Shown: positions 15,088 through 23,799, counted from the stretch's first letter. The stretch is DNA of 24,733 nucleotides from Candidatus Latescibacterota bacterium (GCA_965205655.1 CBDBIJ010000146.1:1-24733); one strand, 5' to 3'. Translations and numbers: made by a program. Notes: a model not told the origin generated them from the letters alone.

Positions 15088-17880
15088 GTGCGCATTTCAG
15101 CGATAAAACCGCCCCTGCTCCTCTTCATGCTGCTTCTCGGTGCCCTTGCACCTTCCTTGGCGGGGGCGCAGTACCTCAACCGGGAATCCTATCCCCTCTG
15201 GACGAACGAGGAGTACGAAAATTACGCCACGTTCAGCTACCGCGATATGCGGCTGACCCGGCCGATCACCGGTGCGGGTCAGGGTAGTCCGAGTGGCGTT
15301 TTTCGGCTCGATGAGGAGCAGCGGGTGTACGATCCATTCGGCTTTACCTTGCTCAACGGCACAACCATCTACAGAACCGAGGAGTACCGCACACTGGCGC
15401 CCTTCGGGGGCAGCACCATCGCCAAGGGCGACATCTACAGAGACCTCTTTCAGAATCTCATCGTCACCAGCGATTCCCACGAGGGATGGGGCTCATCCGT
15501 CATCGTCGGTCGGGGGGTACTGGCCCGGATCAGACCGATGGTGCTGTCCCACTCGCAGATGAACGGCATCCGCTGGGAAGGGGACTCGCGGCGCAACCGT
15601 TTCTCGCTCCTGGGCTCCCGCATCTCTGATCCGCACCGGCTGCGGGTGACTACCCCTCTTACGCGTGATTTCGCGACCTACCTCTTCGGCCTGCACTGGG
15701 AGACCCAGATCGGCAGCGTGCTGCGGTTCAGCACCTCCTACGCCAACACTCACATCACCGATACCCTTCTAGAGAAGGGACGGGGCTCGTTCCGCAAAGG
15801 CGTGTTTCCGGTCGCTCTGTTGGAACCGCAGCACCTGTACGTGGCTGTGAGCGATGACTCACCCGAGGACGGCAACGGCGCCCGCATTCATGAAGTGGAG
15901 ATGTACGTGAGCGGCGAGCTCGCCGCCGCTCCACCGGAGATCCGCGGGATTGGCGATGTCCTGGCGGTGGGGCAGGAAAAGCTCCTGGTCTCGCCGAACC
16001 TGAGCCTGGAGAACCTCCCGCACGCTCGCGAGCGGCAGTCCTGGCTTCCGAAATCCGTCTTGTTCAAGAATCTGGCGACCGAAGTCAACCCGAAGAAGAA
16101 CTTTTTCCTGGACGGCGATGTCCTGGACGGAAGTACGGACGTGCTGGAGGCCGACGGCTTCGGCGCCGTCATCTATCGCTTCGAGGTGCCGGCCGATGCC
16201 GAGGACGTCTCTTTCCGCGCCCGGGTTTCAGGCGACTACGCCATCGATATCGGCGCCCCCATCCGTCGCCAACGCGGCACGCAGATCTGGGGTGACTGGC
16301 GCAACGTGGCGCGCGCCCGGGGCGACGGCGCGGAGGAGCCTCGCTGGGTCGAATTCGGGTACGGCTTTCCCACCGGACTCGAGCTCTACGGTGCCGAAGC
16401 CCATCTGCGTCTTTTCGGTTTCGACGTCCAGGGAGACTACAACGTCAGCACCCAACACCTCGTCTATCCCACCGACGAGGGTGGACGCCTGGACGACAGG
16501 GGTGTGGCCTACTCCTTGGGGGGCCAGCGCAGCTTCGCCCCCTCCCTGAGCGTCGGCTGGGAACTCTTCCGCGTGCCTCCCGACTACGAGACCTCGTTCA
16601 ACTACTTCAACGACGACGTCGGCGACGTCCGCAGGTTCGAGATGGTGGAGGACAACGACGACGTCGACCCCTGGCCGGACAGTTGGGAGCACGACGATCC
16701 ACTCGATTTTGAGAACTGGAGAGACAACACCATTGTGCCGGCCTCTGCCGTCGAGGAAAACATCTATCCGCCGACGAGTCGGGCCCTGGGCTTCGGCGTC
16801 TACCCGGGATTGGACGCCAACGACGACGGGGTCCCCGACACCAACGTCAACGCCAATATTGTCCCCGACTACCTTGAGCCGTTCCTGATGTACTTCGTCG
16901 AGTCGGACGACTTCGTATACGGTGACGACACGAACAACAACGGTGTGGTCGATGCGCGCGAGAACGATAACAAGCCGGACTACACCTACGAGCGCGACAG
17001 CAAGGGTCGCCATCTCTTTTTCGAGATCAAGCCTGTCTCCGGGCTCCGCCTGAGGCTGGGCGGCCACGATATCGACCAGCTCGCCGGCAGGGGCCGCAAC
17101 CGCTCCCTCTACGGCAAGGTCGAGTACGTCGAGAGCCTGACTCCTCGGCTGCATCTGGATCTGCGCCACCGCACCAAGCGGGTCCAGGACGACATTCCCG
17201 ACCCGACTTACCTCTATGTCCTGAGCCCCGAAGCGGCCAAGGCTGACAGAGGTCCGGCCCAGCGGGATATCAACTACCTCCTTCGACTCAGGCCCGATCC
17301 ACTCGATTTTCGCAATAGCCTGGCCAACCTGAGTTACGCGCGGTTGAGTTACGAGCCCATCGAGAGCCTCGATATAAGCACTACCTGGCGCTATGAGCTC
17401 AACCACCGAATCGAAGACACCTTTGACGACGGCGTGTCACAAGCGTCGGGCGACGACTGGTCCCTCGCCGCGGTTAACAAGGCGGACTACGCCTGGAACG
17501 TAGCGCCGAAAGTCGTCGTCACGCCGATGTTGAAGTGGAGCTACCGCCGTCAAGATTCGTCGGTGGCCGACGACACCCTCGTCGACGAGACGAACCTGTT
17601 TCCCATCGTGCGCGCCGATTTCCGCCCGACCGAACAGACCACGCTGAGAGCCGGCCTGCAGGGCTTCCCCTTCTTCAAGCACCGCTTTCGCAGCTCCGTG
17701 GCCCCGGAGCTCGAATACGACGCCTGGCATTACATCGTGGCCCTGCAGAACGCCAGCAACTACACCGGCTACCAGGTCAGCATGAACGTGGGCTTCCGCA
17801 AGTCGTTCAACGACTTCAAGGCCGAGGGTGCGGGCAAGCTCGAGATCTCGGAGTTCTTCCTCCAGGTGAGGACCAATTGA
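15088..17880 (+). CDS. Large exported hypothetical protein, putative outer-membrane beta-barrel with an Asp-rich insert (paralogue B)
   Basis: 930-aa ORF, signal peptide LLLFMLLLGALAPSLAGA-Q. Shares DS..GW, NG.R, DDSP.DG.G, DNDD.D, PDY.EPFL.Y, RVQDDIPD, ADY and QGFP motifs with paralogues A and C. Confidence 0.72.
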   Translation: MRISAIKPPLLLFMLLLGALAPSLAGAQYLNRESYPLWTNEEYENYATFSYRDMRLTRPITGAGQGSPSGVFRLDEEQRVYDPFGFTLLNGTTIYRTEEYRTLAPFGGSTIAKGDIYRDLFQNLIVTSDSHEGWGSSVIVGRGVLARIRPMVLSHSQMNGIRWEGDSRRNRFSLLGSRISDPHRLRVTTPLTRDFATYLFGLHWETQIGSVLRFSTSYANTHITDTLLEKGRGSFRKGVFPVALLEPQHLYVAVSDDSPEDGNGARIHEVEMYVSGELAAAPPEIRGIGDVLAVGQEKLLVSPNLSLENLPHARERQSWLPKSVLFKNLATEVNPKKNFFLDGDVLDGSTDVLEADGFGAVIYRFEVPADAEDVSFRARVSGDYAIDIGAPIRRQRGTQIWGDWRNVARARGDGAEEPRWVEFGYGFPTGLELYGAEAHLRLFGFDVQGDYNVSTQHLVYPTDEGGRLDDRGVAYSLGGQRSFAPSLSVGWELFRVPPDYETSFNYFNDDVGDVRRFEMVEDNDDVDPWPDSWEHDDPLDFENWRDNTIVPASAVEENIYPPTSRALGFGVYPGLDANDDGVPDTNVNANIVPDYLEPFLMYFVESDDFVYGDDTNNNGVVDARENDNKPDYTYERDSKGRHLFFEIKPVSGLRLRLGGHDIDQLAGRGRNRSLYGKVEYVESLTPRLHLDLRHRTKRVQDDIPDPTYLYVLSPEAAKADRGPAQRDINYLLRLRPDPLDFRNSLANLSYARLSYEPIESLDISTTWRYELNHRIEDTFDDGVSQASGDDWSLAAVNKADYAWNVAPKVVVTPMLKWSYRRQDSSVADDTLVDETNLFPIVRADFRPTEQTTLRAGLQGFPFFKHRFRSSVAPELEYDAWHYIVALQNASNYTGYQVSMNVGFRKSFNDFKAEGAGKLEISEFFLQVRTN

Positions 17881-17884
17881 GCTG

Positions 17885-20581
17885 ATGTCGAAAAGAATCC
17901 TCATAATGCTGACCATTCTGGGCGTCATGCGCCCGGCCGTCCACGGCGAAGGTGATCCCCGGCTTCTGGATCCGCATACCGCGGGGACGAGGCTCCTCCT
18001 CTACCGACCGGGACCTCTGACCTACGACAACTACGGCATGGAGAGCTACCGAGCGTGGCCGCGGAATATCCTGACCCGCCAGGCCAATCCGATCTACGAT
18101 GAGTTCGGCAGCTTTCTCGTCAACGGCGTCGAGGTCTACCGCATGCAGGAAACGAGGCGCTTCGACGATCCAATCGCACCCCTCAACGGCAGCCGCATCG
18201 ACAAGACTCCCAACTACGATAACTTCATGAACCGCCTGATGGTCGCCGACGACAGCTACAAGGGCTGGCAGACCAGGCTCATCATCGGTGACCGCATTCG
18301 CACCCACTTCTCGCCTCTCGTCCTCGACCTGGCGCAGCTAAACGGGGTGCGATGGGATCTGTCCAATCGGCACCACTCCTTCAGCGTCGTCTCCTCGCGC
18401 ATGGATCGCCCCGTCCACGTCGGCACCGAAGGCCTTGTAGGCACCGCCGCCTTTGCGGCCTACCTGCTGGGCGGTCACTGGCAGTGGCGCTGGCGCACCA
18501 TCGATATGAGCGCTTCGTACGTCAACCTCTTCCGCATCGACAGCCGCTCGCCGTCGGACTGGAACGGCATGAAGGGTCAGCTGCCCAACCGGCTCCAGCC
18601 GGTGGAACACCTCGTCGTGCGCTTCGATGACAGCTCCGTGCTCGACGGGGAAGGGGCTCGGGTGTTCGATGTCGACCTCTATCTCAACGGCGAGAAGCGC
18701 GACGACATCGTTCCCCTCGTTACGCTCCACAACGCGCAAGATCTCGACGTCTTCAACCAAAACGAGGCCGCATTCTTCCCGCAGCCCGTGCCCCCCTTCG
18801 TGCAGGTGCTCACGCGCCCTGAAAACTACCGCGCCGAACCGGAATCGGGCGGCGGCTACAGCGCAAACGCCAAGAACTACGTGCTCTTCTGGTTTGAGAT
18901 GCCCCAGGAGGAGGCCGTCGAGGAGGCCTCGTTCGAAGCCCTCGTCAGCGGCAATTACCGCATCGGAATCTCGGAGATTTACGCCCCCATTCCCAACTCG
19001 ACGAGTATCAAGGAGCGCAACCGGGCCACTTTCTACCAGGAGGTGGCCGGCTCTGAGGGCCGCGAGACCGCCGGTGCGGGCGTGCGCCGGGTGCGCTTCA
19101 AATACGGACGCCAGACCGGGGTCACCATAACGGATCTGCGAGTGGCGACCGACGTCAAGGGATTTCAGTTCAAGGCCGAATGGGCCCGCAGTCACAACTT
19201 CCTGCAGTACCCGATGAACGCTCACGCAGGCAACCGGCACGACCGCGGTGGCCACGCCTATTTCGTCAACGTGGAGCGCGAGCTGACCCCGCGTTTCTCC
19301 GCGGGAGGGGAGTGGTTCCGTCTCGAGCCGGATTACACCACCACCCTCAGCATCACGGAGATTGGGCTCGATGCGTATGACTCAGTCATTGGGGGGACGA
19401 CACCCGTCCGTCGTGTTCTGAACTATACGATGAATCTGAACACGGTCGACGACAACGACGACAAGGATCCCTTTGCCGACGACTTCTTCCTGATCAACCA
19501 CTCAGACAACAACGGCGTCTTTCCCGGGGTGGACGGCGACCAGGACGGCACCCCGGACACCAATCGCAACCGCAATGCCGTGCCCGACTACTTCGAGCCG
19601 TTCCTGCTTTACGACGTCGATCCGGACGACTTCGCCTTCGGCGATGACCTCAACAACAACGGCGTCATAGACGAACGCGAAAACGACGTGAAACCCGACT
19701 ATCCCTACGACCTCAACCGCGACGGCTACCACCTGTTCGGGCGCATCAGACCACAGCGGGGTCTCGAGCTGACCCTGGGCCGTTACGCCATGGAGGCGAT
19801 CCGCGGAGGCCAGCGCTCGAAGGTGTGGTATGCGAGAGGGGAGTACAATCGGCGCTTTGCGGGCTGGGGCCAGCTGCGGGCCGTGGATTTCCTCAAGCGC
19901 GTGAAGGACGATATACCCGACGACGTGTTTCGCTTTGGCGACCTGGCCAACTTCAACGTCTTCACCCCGAGAGGCATCACCGCTCCCTTCGTGGAAGACC
20001 CGCTCCTCATGCGGAACAGCCTGGTCAATACCGCCTATGTCGATTTCGGCTTCACCGGCTGGCGCAAGTTCTTCGCCGGTGCCAATGTCAAGTTCGACAC
20101 CAACCGACAACAGGATTCCCCACGAGGCGAAAACCTGATCCAGTTGTGGACCTCTGCTCTACGAGCCGATTACCGCTGGCGACTGGGCGAGGTCGAAGTG
20201 ACGCCGCGCTACAAAGTCATGTTTCGCAAACGCGACGACGACGAAGGCGTTATCCATCCGCTTTCAGAGGTCTTCACCTTCCCCATTGTCGTGGTCAACT
20301 ACAAATTCACCAAGAACAGCTGGCTGCGCGGCGGCATGCAGGGTTTTCCGGCAATACCCAGCACCTACCGCAATCTGGAGAACGACGACGTCGATTACGA
20401 CACCCGCGACTACATCCTCATGCTGGTCAACAGCTTCGTCTACTCGGGTTATGACATGGCTATGACTGCCGGTTACGAGATCCGCCAGCGAGACATGGTG
20501 AATCGCGCCAGGGCAGCCGAGGACATCGATTTCGAGCACTTCTTCATCCGCCTGTCCGTGGGCTTGGAACCGGCCGAATAA
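17885..20581 (+). CDS. Large exported hypothetical protein, putative outer-membrane beta-barrel with an Asp-rich insert (paralogue C)
   Basis: 898-aa ORF, signal peptide MSKRILIMLTILGVMRPAVHG. Same conserved motif series as paralogues A and B, ending in an amphipathic strand FFIRLSVGL. Confidence 0.72.
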   Translation: MSKRILIMLTILGVMRPAVHGEGDPRLLDPHTAGTRLLLYRPGPLTYDNYGMESYRAWPRNILTRQANPIYDEFGSFLVNGVEVYRMQETRRFDDPIAPLNGSRIDKTPNYDNFMNRLMVADDSYKGWQTRLIIGDRIRTHFSPLVLDLAQLNGVRWDLSNRHHSFSVVSSRMDRPVHVGTEGLVGTAAFAAYLLGGHWQWRWRTIDMSASYVNLFRIDSRSPSDWNGMKGQLPNRLQPVEHLVVRFDDSSVLDGEGARVFDVDLYLNGEKRDDIVPLVTLHNAQDLDVFNQNEAAFFPQPVPPFVQVLTRPENYRAEPESGGGYSANAKNYVLFWFEMPQEEAVEEASFEALVSGNYRIGISEIYAPIPNSTSIKERNRATFYQEVAGSEGRETAGAGVRRVRFKYGRQTGVTITDLRVATDVKGFQFKAEWARSHNFLQYPMNAHAGNRHDRGGHAYFVNVERELTPRFSAGGEWFRLEPDYTTTLSITEIGLDAYDSVIGGTTPVRRVLNYTMNLNTVDDNDDKDPFADDFFLINHSDNNGVFPGVDGDQDGTPDTNRNRNAVPDYFEPFLLYDVDPDDFAFGDDLNNNGVIDERENDVKPDYPYDLNRDGYHLFGRIRPQRGLELTLGRYAMEAIRGGQRSKVWYARGEYNRRFAGWGQLRAVDFLKRVKDDIPDDVFRFGDLANFNVFTPRGITAPFVEDPLLMRNSLVNTAYVDFGFTGWRKFFAGANVKFDTNRQQDSPRGENLIQLWTSALRADYRWRLGEVEVTPRYKVMFRKRDDDEGVIHPLSEVFTFPIVVVNYKFTKNSWLRGGMQGFPAIPSTYRNLENDDVDYDTRDYILMLVNSFVYSGYDMAMTAGYEIRQRDMVNRARAAEDIDFEHFFIRLSVGLEPAE

Positions 20582-20593
20582 GTCCCAAAAAAG

Positions 20594-22324
20594 ATGTTGC
20601 ACCTCGCGGGTCCGCTGCTCTTCGCGAGCCTTTCCCTCGCTCTCTGCGAGGTCGCGACCGCCAGTCTCCCGCGTTTCACCGACGTGACGAGTGCCGCGGG
20701 GCTGGAATTCCGCAACTGGTACGGCAACGACAACACCGTCACCATACTGGAGACGACGGGCTCTGGCGCGGCGTTCTTCGACTACGACGACGACGGCAAT
20801 CTCGATCTCTACATCGTCAATGGCGGTCTGGGGTTCGAAGGTCCGCGCTTCGAGGGCTTCCCGCGTGACGTGGCACCTCCCGCCGCCGGAACGGCCCCGC
20901 GCAACGCCCTGTTCCGCAACCGGGGCGACGGCTCCTTCGTCGATGTGACTGCGAAGGCCGGTGTCGGGCGTGCGGGGTGGGGTGCCGGCTGCGTGGCTGG
21001 AGACTACGACAACGACAACGATCGAGACCTCTATGTCACTTATTGGGGCCCGAATCAGTTTTATGAGAATGAGGGGGATGGCACATTCGCCGATGTCTCG
21101 GCCAGATCCGGCACCGATCACAGCGGCTACGGCGCGGCCTGCGCCTTCGGCGACTACGACAACGACGGCGATCTGGATTTGTTCGCCGGCAACTACGTGG
21201 AATTCGATCCCGAGACCACCATTCTTCCGGGGGAGCGTCGAGGCGACAAGATCGCCGTGACACGAGATGTGATCACCACGGCCGCGCCAGAGCTGTTCGA
21301 CCCCGAGCCGGACGTCCTCTATCGCAACGAAGGCGACGGCACCTTCGCCGACGTGAGCGCAGAGGCGGGCATCAACCGGGAGTTGGGCCGCGCTCTGGGC
21401 GCCGTGTTCTGGGATTACGACGGCGACGGCGACCAGGACCTCTACGTGGCCAATGATTCGTCACCGAACTTCCTCTATACGAATAACGGCGATGGGACGT
21501 TCGCCGAGGATGGCGCGCGCAGTGGAGTCGCCTACGATATGGATGGCGGCGCCGAGGGCAGCATGGGTGTGGCCGCCGGCGACATCGACAACGACGGCGA
21601 CGAAGATCTCGTGGTGGCCAACTACGAGGTGCAGACGGCCTCCCTTCACCGAAACGACGGCGGGGGCGCCTTTACGAATATCTCCCTCAACTGGGGTGTC
21701 TCTCGGACGACGATCATGCCGGTCCAGTGGGGGACGATTTTACTGGACTACGATCGCGACGGCGACAGCGATCTGTTCATGGCCAACGGCCACATCACCG
21801 CCGCTTTCGAAAAACACTACCCTCAGTTCAAGTACGGCCAGAGAAACCAGTTATTCCGCAACGACGGCGATACCTTCGTCGACGTGTCAGCGACCTCCGG
21901 CGAGGCCATGCGCACGGCGCGCTCCAGTCGAGGCACAGCCGTCGGCGACTACGACAACGACGGAGACGAGGACCTGTTCGTGGTCAACAAGAACGACCTC
22001 CCGAACCTCTTGCGGAACGACTCGGTCAATGACAATCACTGGCTCACGGTCCGCACCAGAGGCATCCGCAGCAACCGGGACGGCGTCGGCGCCAGGGTCC
22101 GGGTCGTGACCGGCGGGAGCGCGCAGATGCGAGAGGTGCGGGCCGGCTCGAGCTACTTGTCCCACAACAGCTTATGCGTATTCTTCGGCCTCGGAGCCGA
22201 GACGGTGGTGGACACCCTGCAGATCCGTTGGCCCTCCGGACATACCGAGACGATCGCCGATGTCGAGGGAAACCGGGCAGTGACCGTGCGGGAGGGCGAC
22301 GGCATCACCTCTGCCGAACCATAG
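20594..22324 (+). CDS. CRTAC1-family protein (FG-GAP/VCBS-like repeats plus C-terminal ASPIC/UnbV domain)
   Basis: Signal peptide, then FTDVT..AGL, seven D(Y/I)D.D(G/N)..DL repeats and RN.GDG(T/S)F.DV repeats. C-terminal NRDGVGARVRV...REVRAGSSYLSHNS...FGLG...LQIRWPSG. Confidence 0.92.
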   Translation: MLHLAGPLLFASLSLALCEVATASLPRFTDVTSAAGLEFRNWYGNDNTVTILETTGSGAAFFDYDDDGNLDLYIVNGGLGFEGPRFEGFPRDVAPPAAGTAPRNALFRNRGDGSFVDVTAKAGVGRAGWGAGCVAGDYDNDNDRDLYVTYWGPNQFYENEGDGTFADVSARSGTDHSGYGAACAFGDYDNDGDLDLFAGNYVEFDPETTILPGERRGDKIAVTRDVITTAAPELFDPEPDVLYRNEGDGTFADVSAEAGINRELGRALGAVFWDYDGDGDQDLYVANDSSPNFLYTNNGDGTFAEDGARSGVAYDMDGGAEGSMGVAAGDIDNDGDEDLVVANYEVQTASLHRNDGGGAFTNISLNWGVSRTTIMPVQWGTILLDYDRDGDSDLFMANGHITAAFEKHYPQFKYGQRNQLFRNDGDTFVDVSATSGEAMRTARSSRGTAVGDYDNDGDEDLFVVNKNDLPNLLRNDSVNDNHWLTVRTRGIRSNRDGVGARVRVVTGGSAQMREVRAGSSYLSHNSLCVFFGLGAETVVDTLQIRWPSGHTETIADVEGNRAVTVREGDGITSAEP

Positions 22325-22338
22325 AGCGATCTTATAGG

Positions 22339-23604
22339 TCAGGGCTCGGAGGGTTCGCGCGGCTTCGCGCCCGCGGGCTGTTTCGCGACCGTGGGAGGTT
22401 TTGCGTCCGCCTCGGGGTCCTCTCCCATGGCCCTGATCATCTGTTTGGCCAGTTCCTGCAGGTAGTAATCGTCGCCGATGCGCAGGATTTCTCTGTACTG
22501 GTGCAAGGCACCTTCCCGGTCGCCCTGCTCGCTCAGGAGGGTAGCCAGTCCCTGGCGGGGGCTGGCAAACTGTGGTTTCGCCCGGATAGCCTGGCTGTAG
22601 GCCATGGCTGCCCCCGAGAGGTCGCCCCGCTCGTGAAGGGTGGCCCCCAGGCTGTTGTAGGCCCGCGCGTAGCCGCGATCGAGACGGATCGCCTGGCCGA
22701 ATGCCTGTATCGCCCCCTCCGCATTCCCCTGCTCCTTGAGAGCCAGACCCAGCTGGTAGGGAATCACTCTGTGTTGTGGATCGAGCTGCCGGGCCAGGCG
22801 AAACGCCGCGATCGCACCGTCGCGATCGCCCTGCTCGACGAGAGTCATCCCGAGGTTGAGATGCGCCCTCCCGTGGCCGGGCTCGAGCCGGATCGCCTCG
22901 CGGTAGGATTCGACCGCCCCTTCGAAGTTCCGCTTGTGAAACTGCGCGAGCCCGAAATCGCTGCGCACATCGGCGTTCGTCGGATCGAGGCGGATGAGAG
23001 TATCGTACTGCTGCAAGGCGCCGTCCAGATCTCCTCGTAGAGCCAGGAGGCCGGCCAGGTGGTGTCTGGGACTCACATAGGTGGAATCGCCGCTTACAGC
23101 CCGACGGAAATGGAGGATCGCATCCTCCACCTCGCCTTTCTTTTCCAGGGCTAGCCCCAGGTTGTAGTGTGCGAGGACGTTCGTGCTGTCCATATGCATA
23201 CCTCGGCGATACGCCTGTATGCACCCGTCCAGGTCGCCCAGTCCGAAGAGTACGGCGCCCAGATCGCTGTAGGCCTGTGCATGGGTCGGATCGAGACGTA
23301 CGGCCTCGCGGTGATGGCGCAGTGAACCGGCTAGGTCTCGCTGATAGTAGAGCGCATTCCCTAAGTAGTTGTGAGCGCGGGAGTTCCGCGGGTCCAGGCG
23401 GATGGCCTGGCGAAGCTGACGGACGGCGCCGGCAAGGTCGCCTTCCCGGATCAGCGCCACACCCAAATCGACGCGCGTCGACACGCTCGCGGGGTCCCTT
23501 TCCAGGGCAGCGCGCAGGGCCTCGATCGCCGCGGCCGCCCGGGTCTGGGCCTCGGCGCATTCAAGCCAACCCACGAGCACGAAGATGAGATACGCGTAGA
23601 TCAT
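22339..23604 (-). CDS. Exported tetratricopeptide-repeat protein (about 10 tandem TPRs)
   Basis: Signal-peptide-like MIYAYLIFVLVGWLECAEA. Regular 34-aa repeats (AHNYLGNALYYQRDLAGSLRHHREAVRLDP; AHYNLGLALEKKGEVEDAILHFRRAV; AHLNLGMTLVEQGDRDGAIAAFRLARQLDP). Confidence 0.92.
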   Translation of the reverse strand: MIYAYLIFVLVGWLECAEAQTRAAAAIEALRAALERDPASVSTRVDLGVALIREGDLAGAVRQLRQAIRLDPRNSRAHNYLGNALYYQRDLAGSLRHHREAVRLDPTHAQAYSDLGAVLFGLGDLDGCIQAYRRGMHMDSTNVLAHYNLGLALEKKGEVEDAILHFRRAVSGDSTYVSPRHHLAGLLALRGDLDGALQQYDTLIRLDPTNADVRSDFGLAQFHKRNFEGAVESYREAIRLEPGHGRAHLNLGMTLVEQGDRDGAIAAFRLARQLDPQHRVIPYQLGLALKEQGNAEGAIQAFGQAIRLDRGYARAYNSLGATLHERGDLSGAAMAYSQAIRAKPQFASPRQGLATLLSEQGDREGALHQYREILRIGDDYYLQELAKQMIRAMGEDPEADAKPPTVAKQPAGAKPREPSEP

Positions 23605-23655
23605 CGGTTACGGTAAATAGATGCGTTTACACCGGCTCCGTCAACGGGATACGAG

Positions 23656-23670
23656 ACCAAAAATTTTGGT
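23656..23670. promoter_or_regulatory. Perfect inverted repeat, candidate operator
   Basis: ACCAAAA-A-TTTTGGT; its last base is the first base of the putative -35 hexamer. Confidence 0.45.
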
Positions 23671-23698
23671 TGCATTTCGGGTTTTCATTTCGTACTTT
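23670..23698 (+). promoter_or_regulatory. Sigma70-type promoter for the gene starting at 23800
   Basis: TTGCAT (23670-23675)-17 nt-TACTTT (23693-23698) in an AT-rich intergenic region. AGGAGG RBS at 23786-23791. Confidence 0.6.
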
Positions 23699-23799
23699 GT
23701 TTAAATCTCGGTGCGATTTCTATCATTAAACCAGGCGATTGAGGCTCGCAGCGAGGCGAGAGATCGCCATACTCCCTTACCGAATAGGAGGACTTAGGG

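Noticed and set aside
9505..20581. Calling the three large proteins TonB-dependent receptors or SprA
   Set aside because: I could not see a plug-domain signature or a terminal aromatic residue typical of TonB-dependent receptors, and they are far shorter than SprA. They are left as unassigned putative barrels.
20770..21980. Recurring GACTACGACAACGAC-like DNA repeats, considered as a CRISPR or tandem array
   Set aside because: They are irregularly spaced, degenerate and in frame. They encode the FG-GAP DYDNDGD motifs of the CRTAC1 protein.
22172..23560. 462-aa minus-strand ORF overlapping the TPR gene in another frame
   Set aside because: Low-complexity Arg/Gly/Pro-rich translation. The 22339-23604 frame carries clear TPR repeats.
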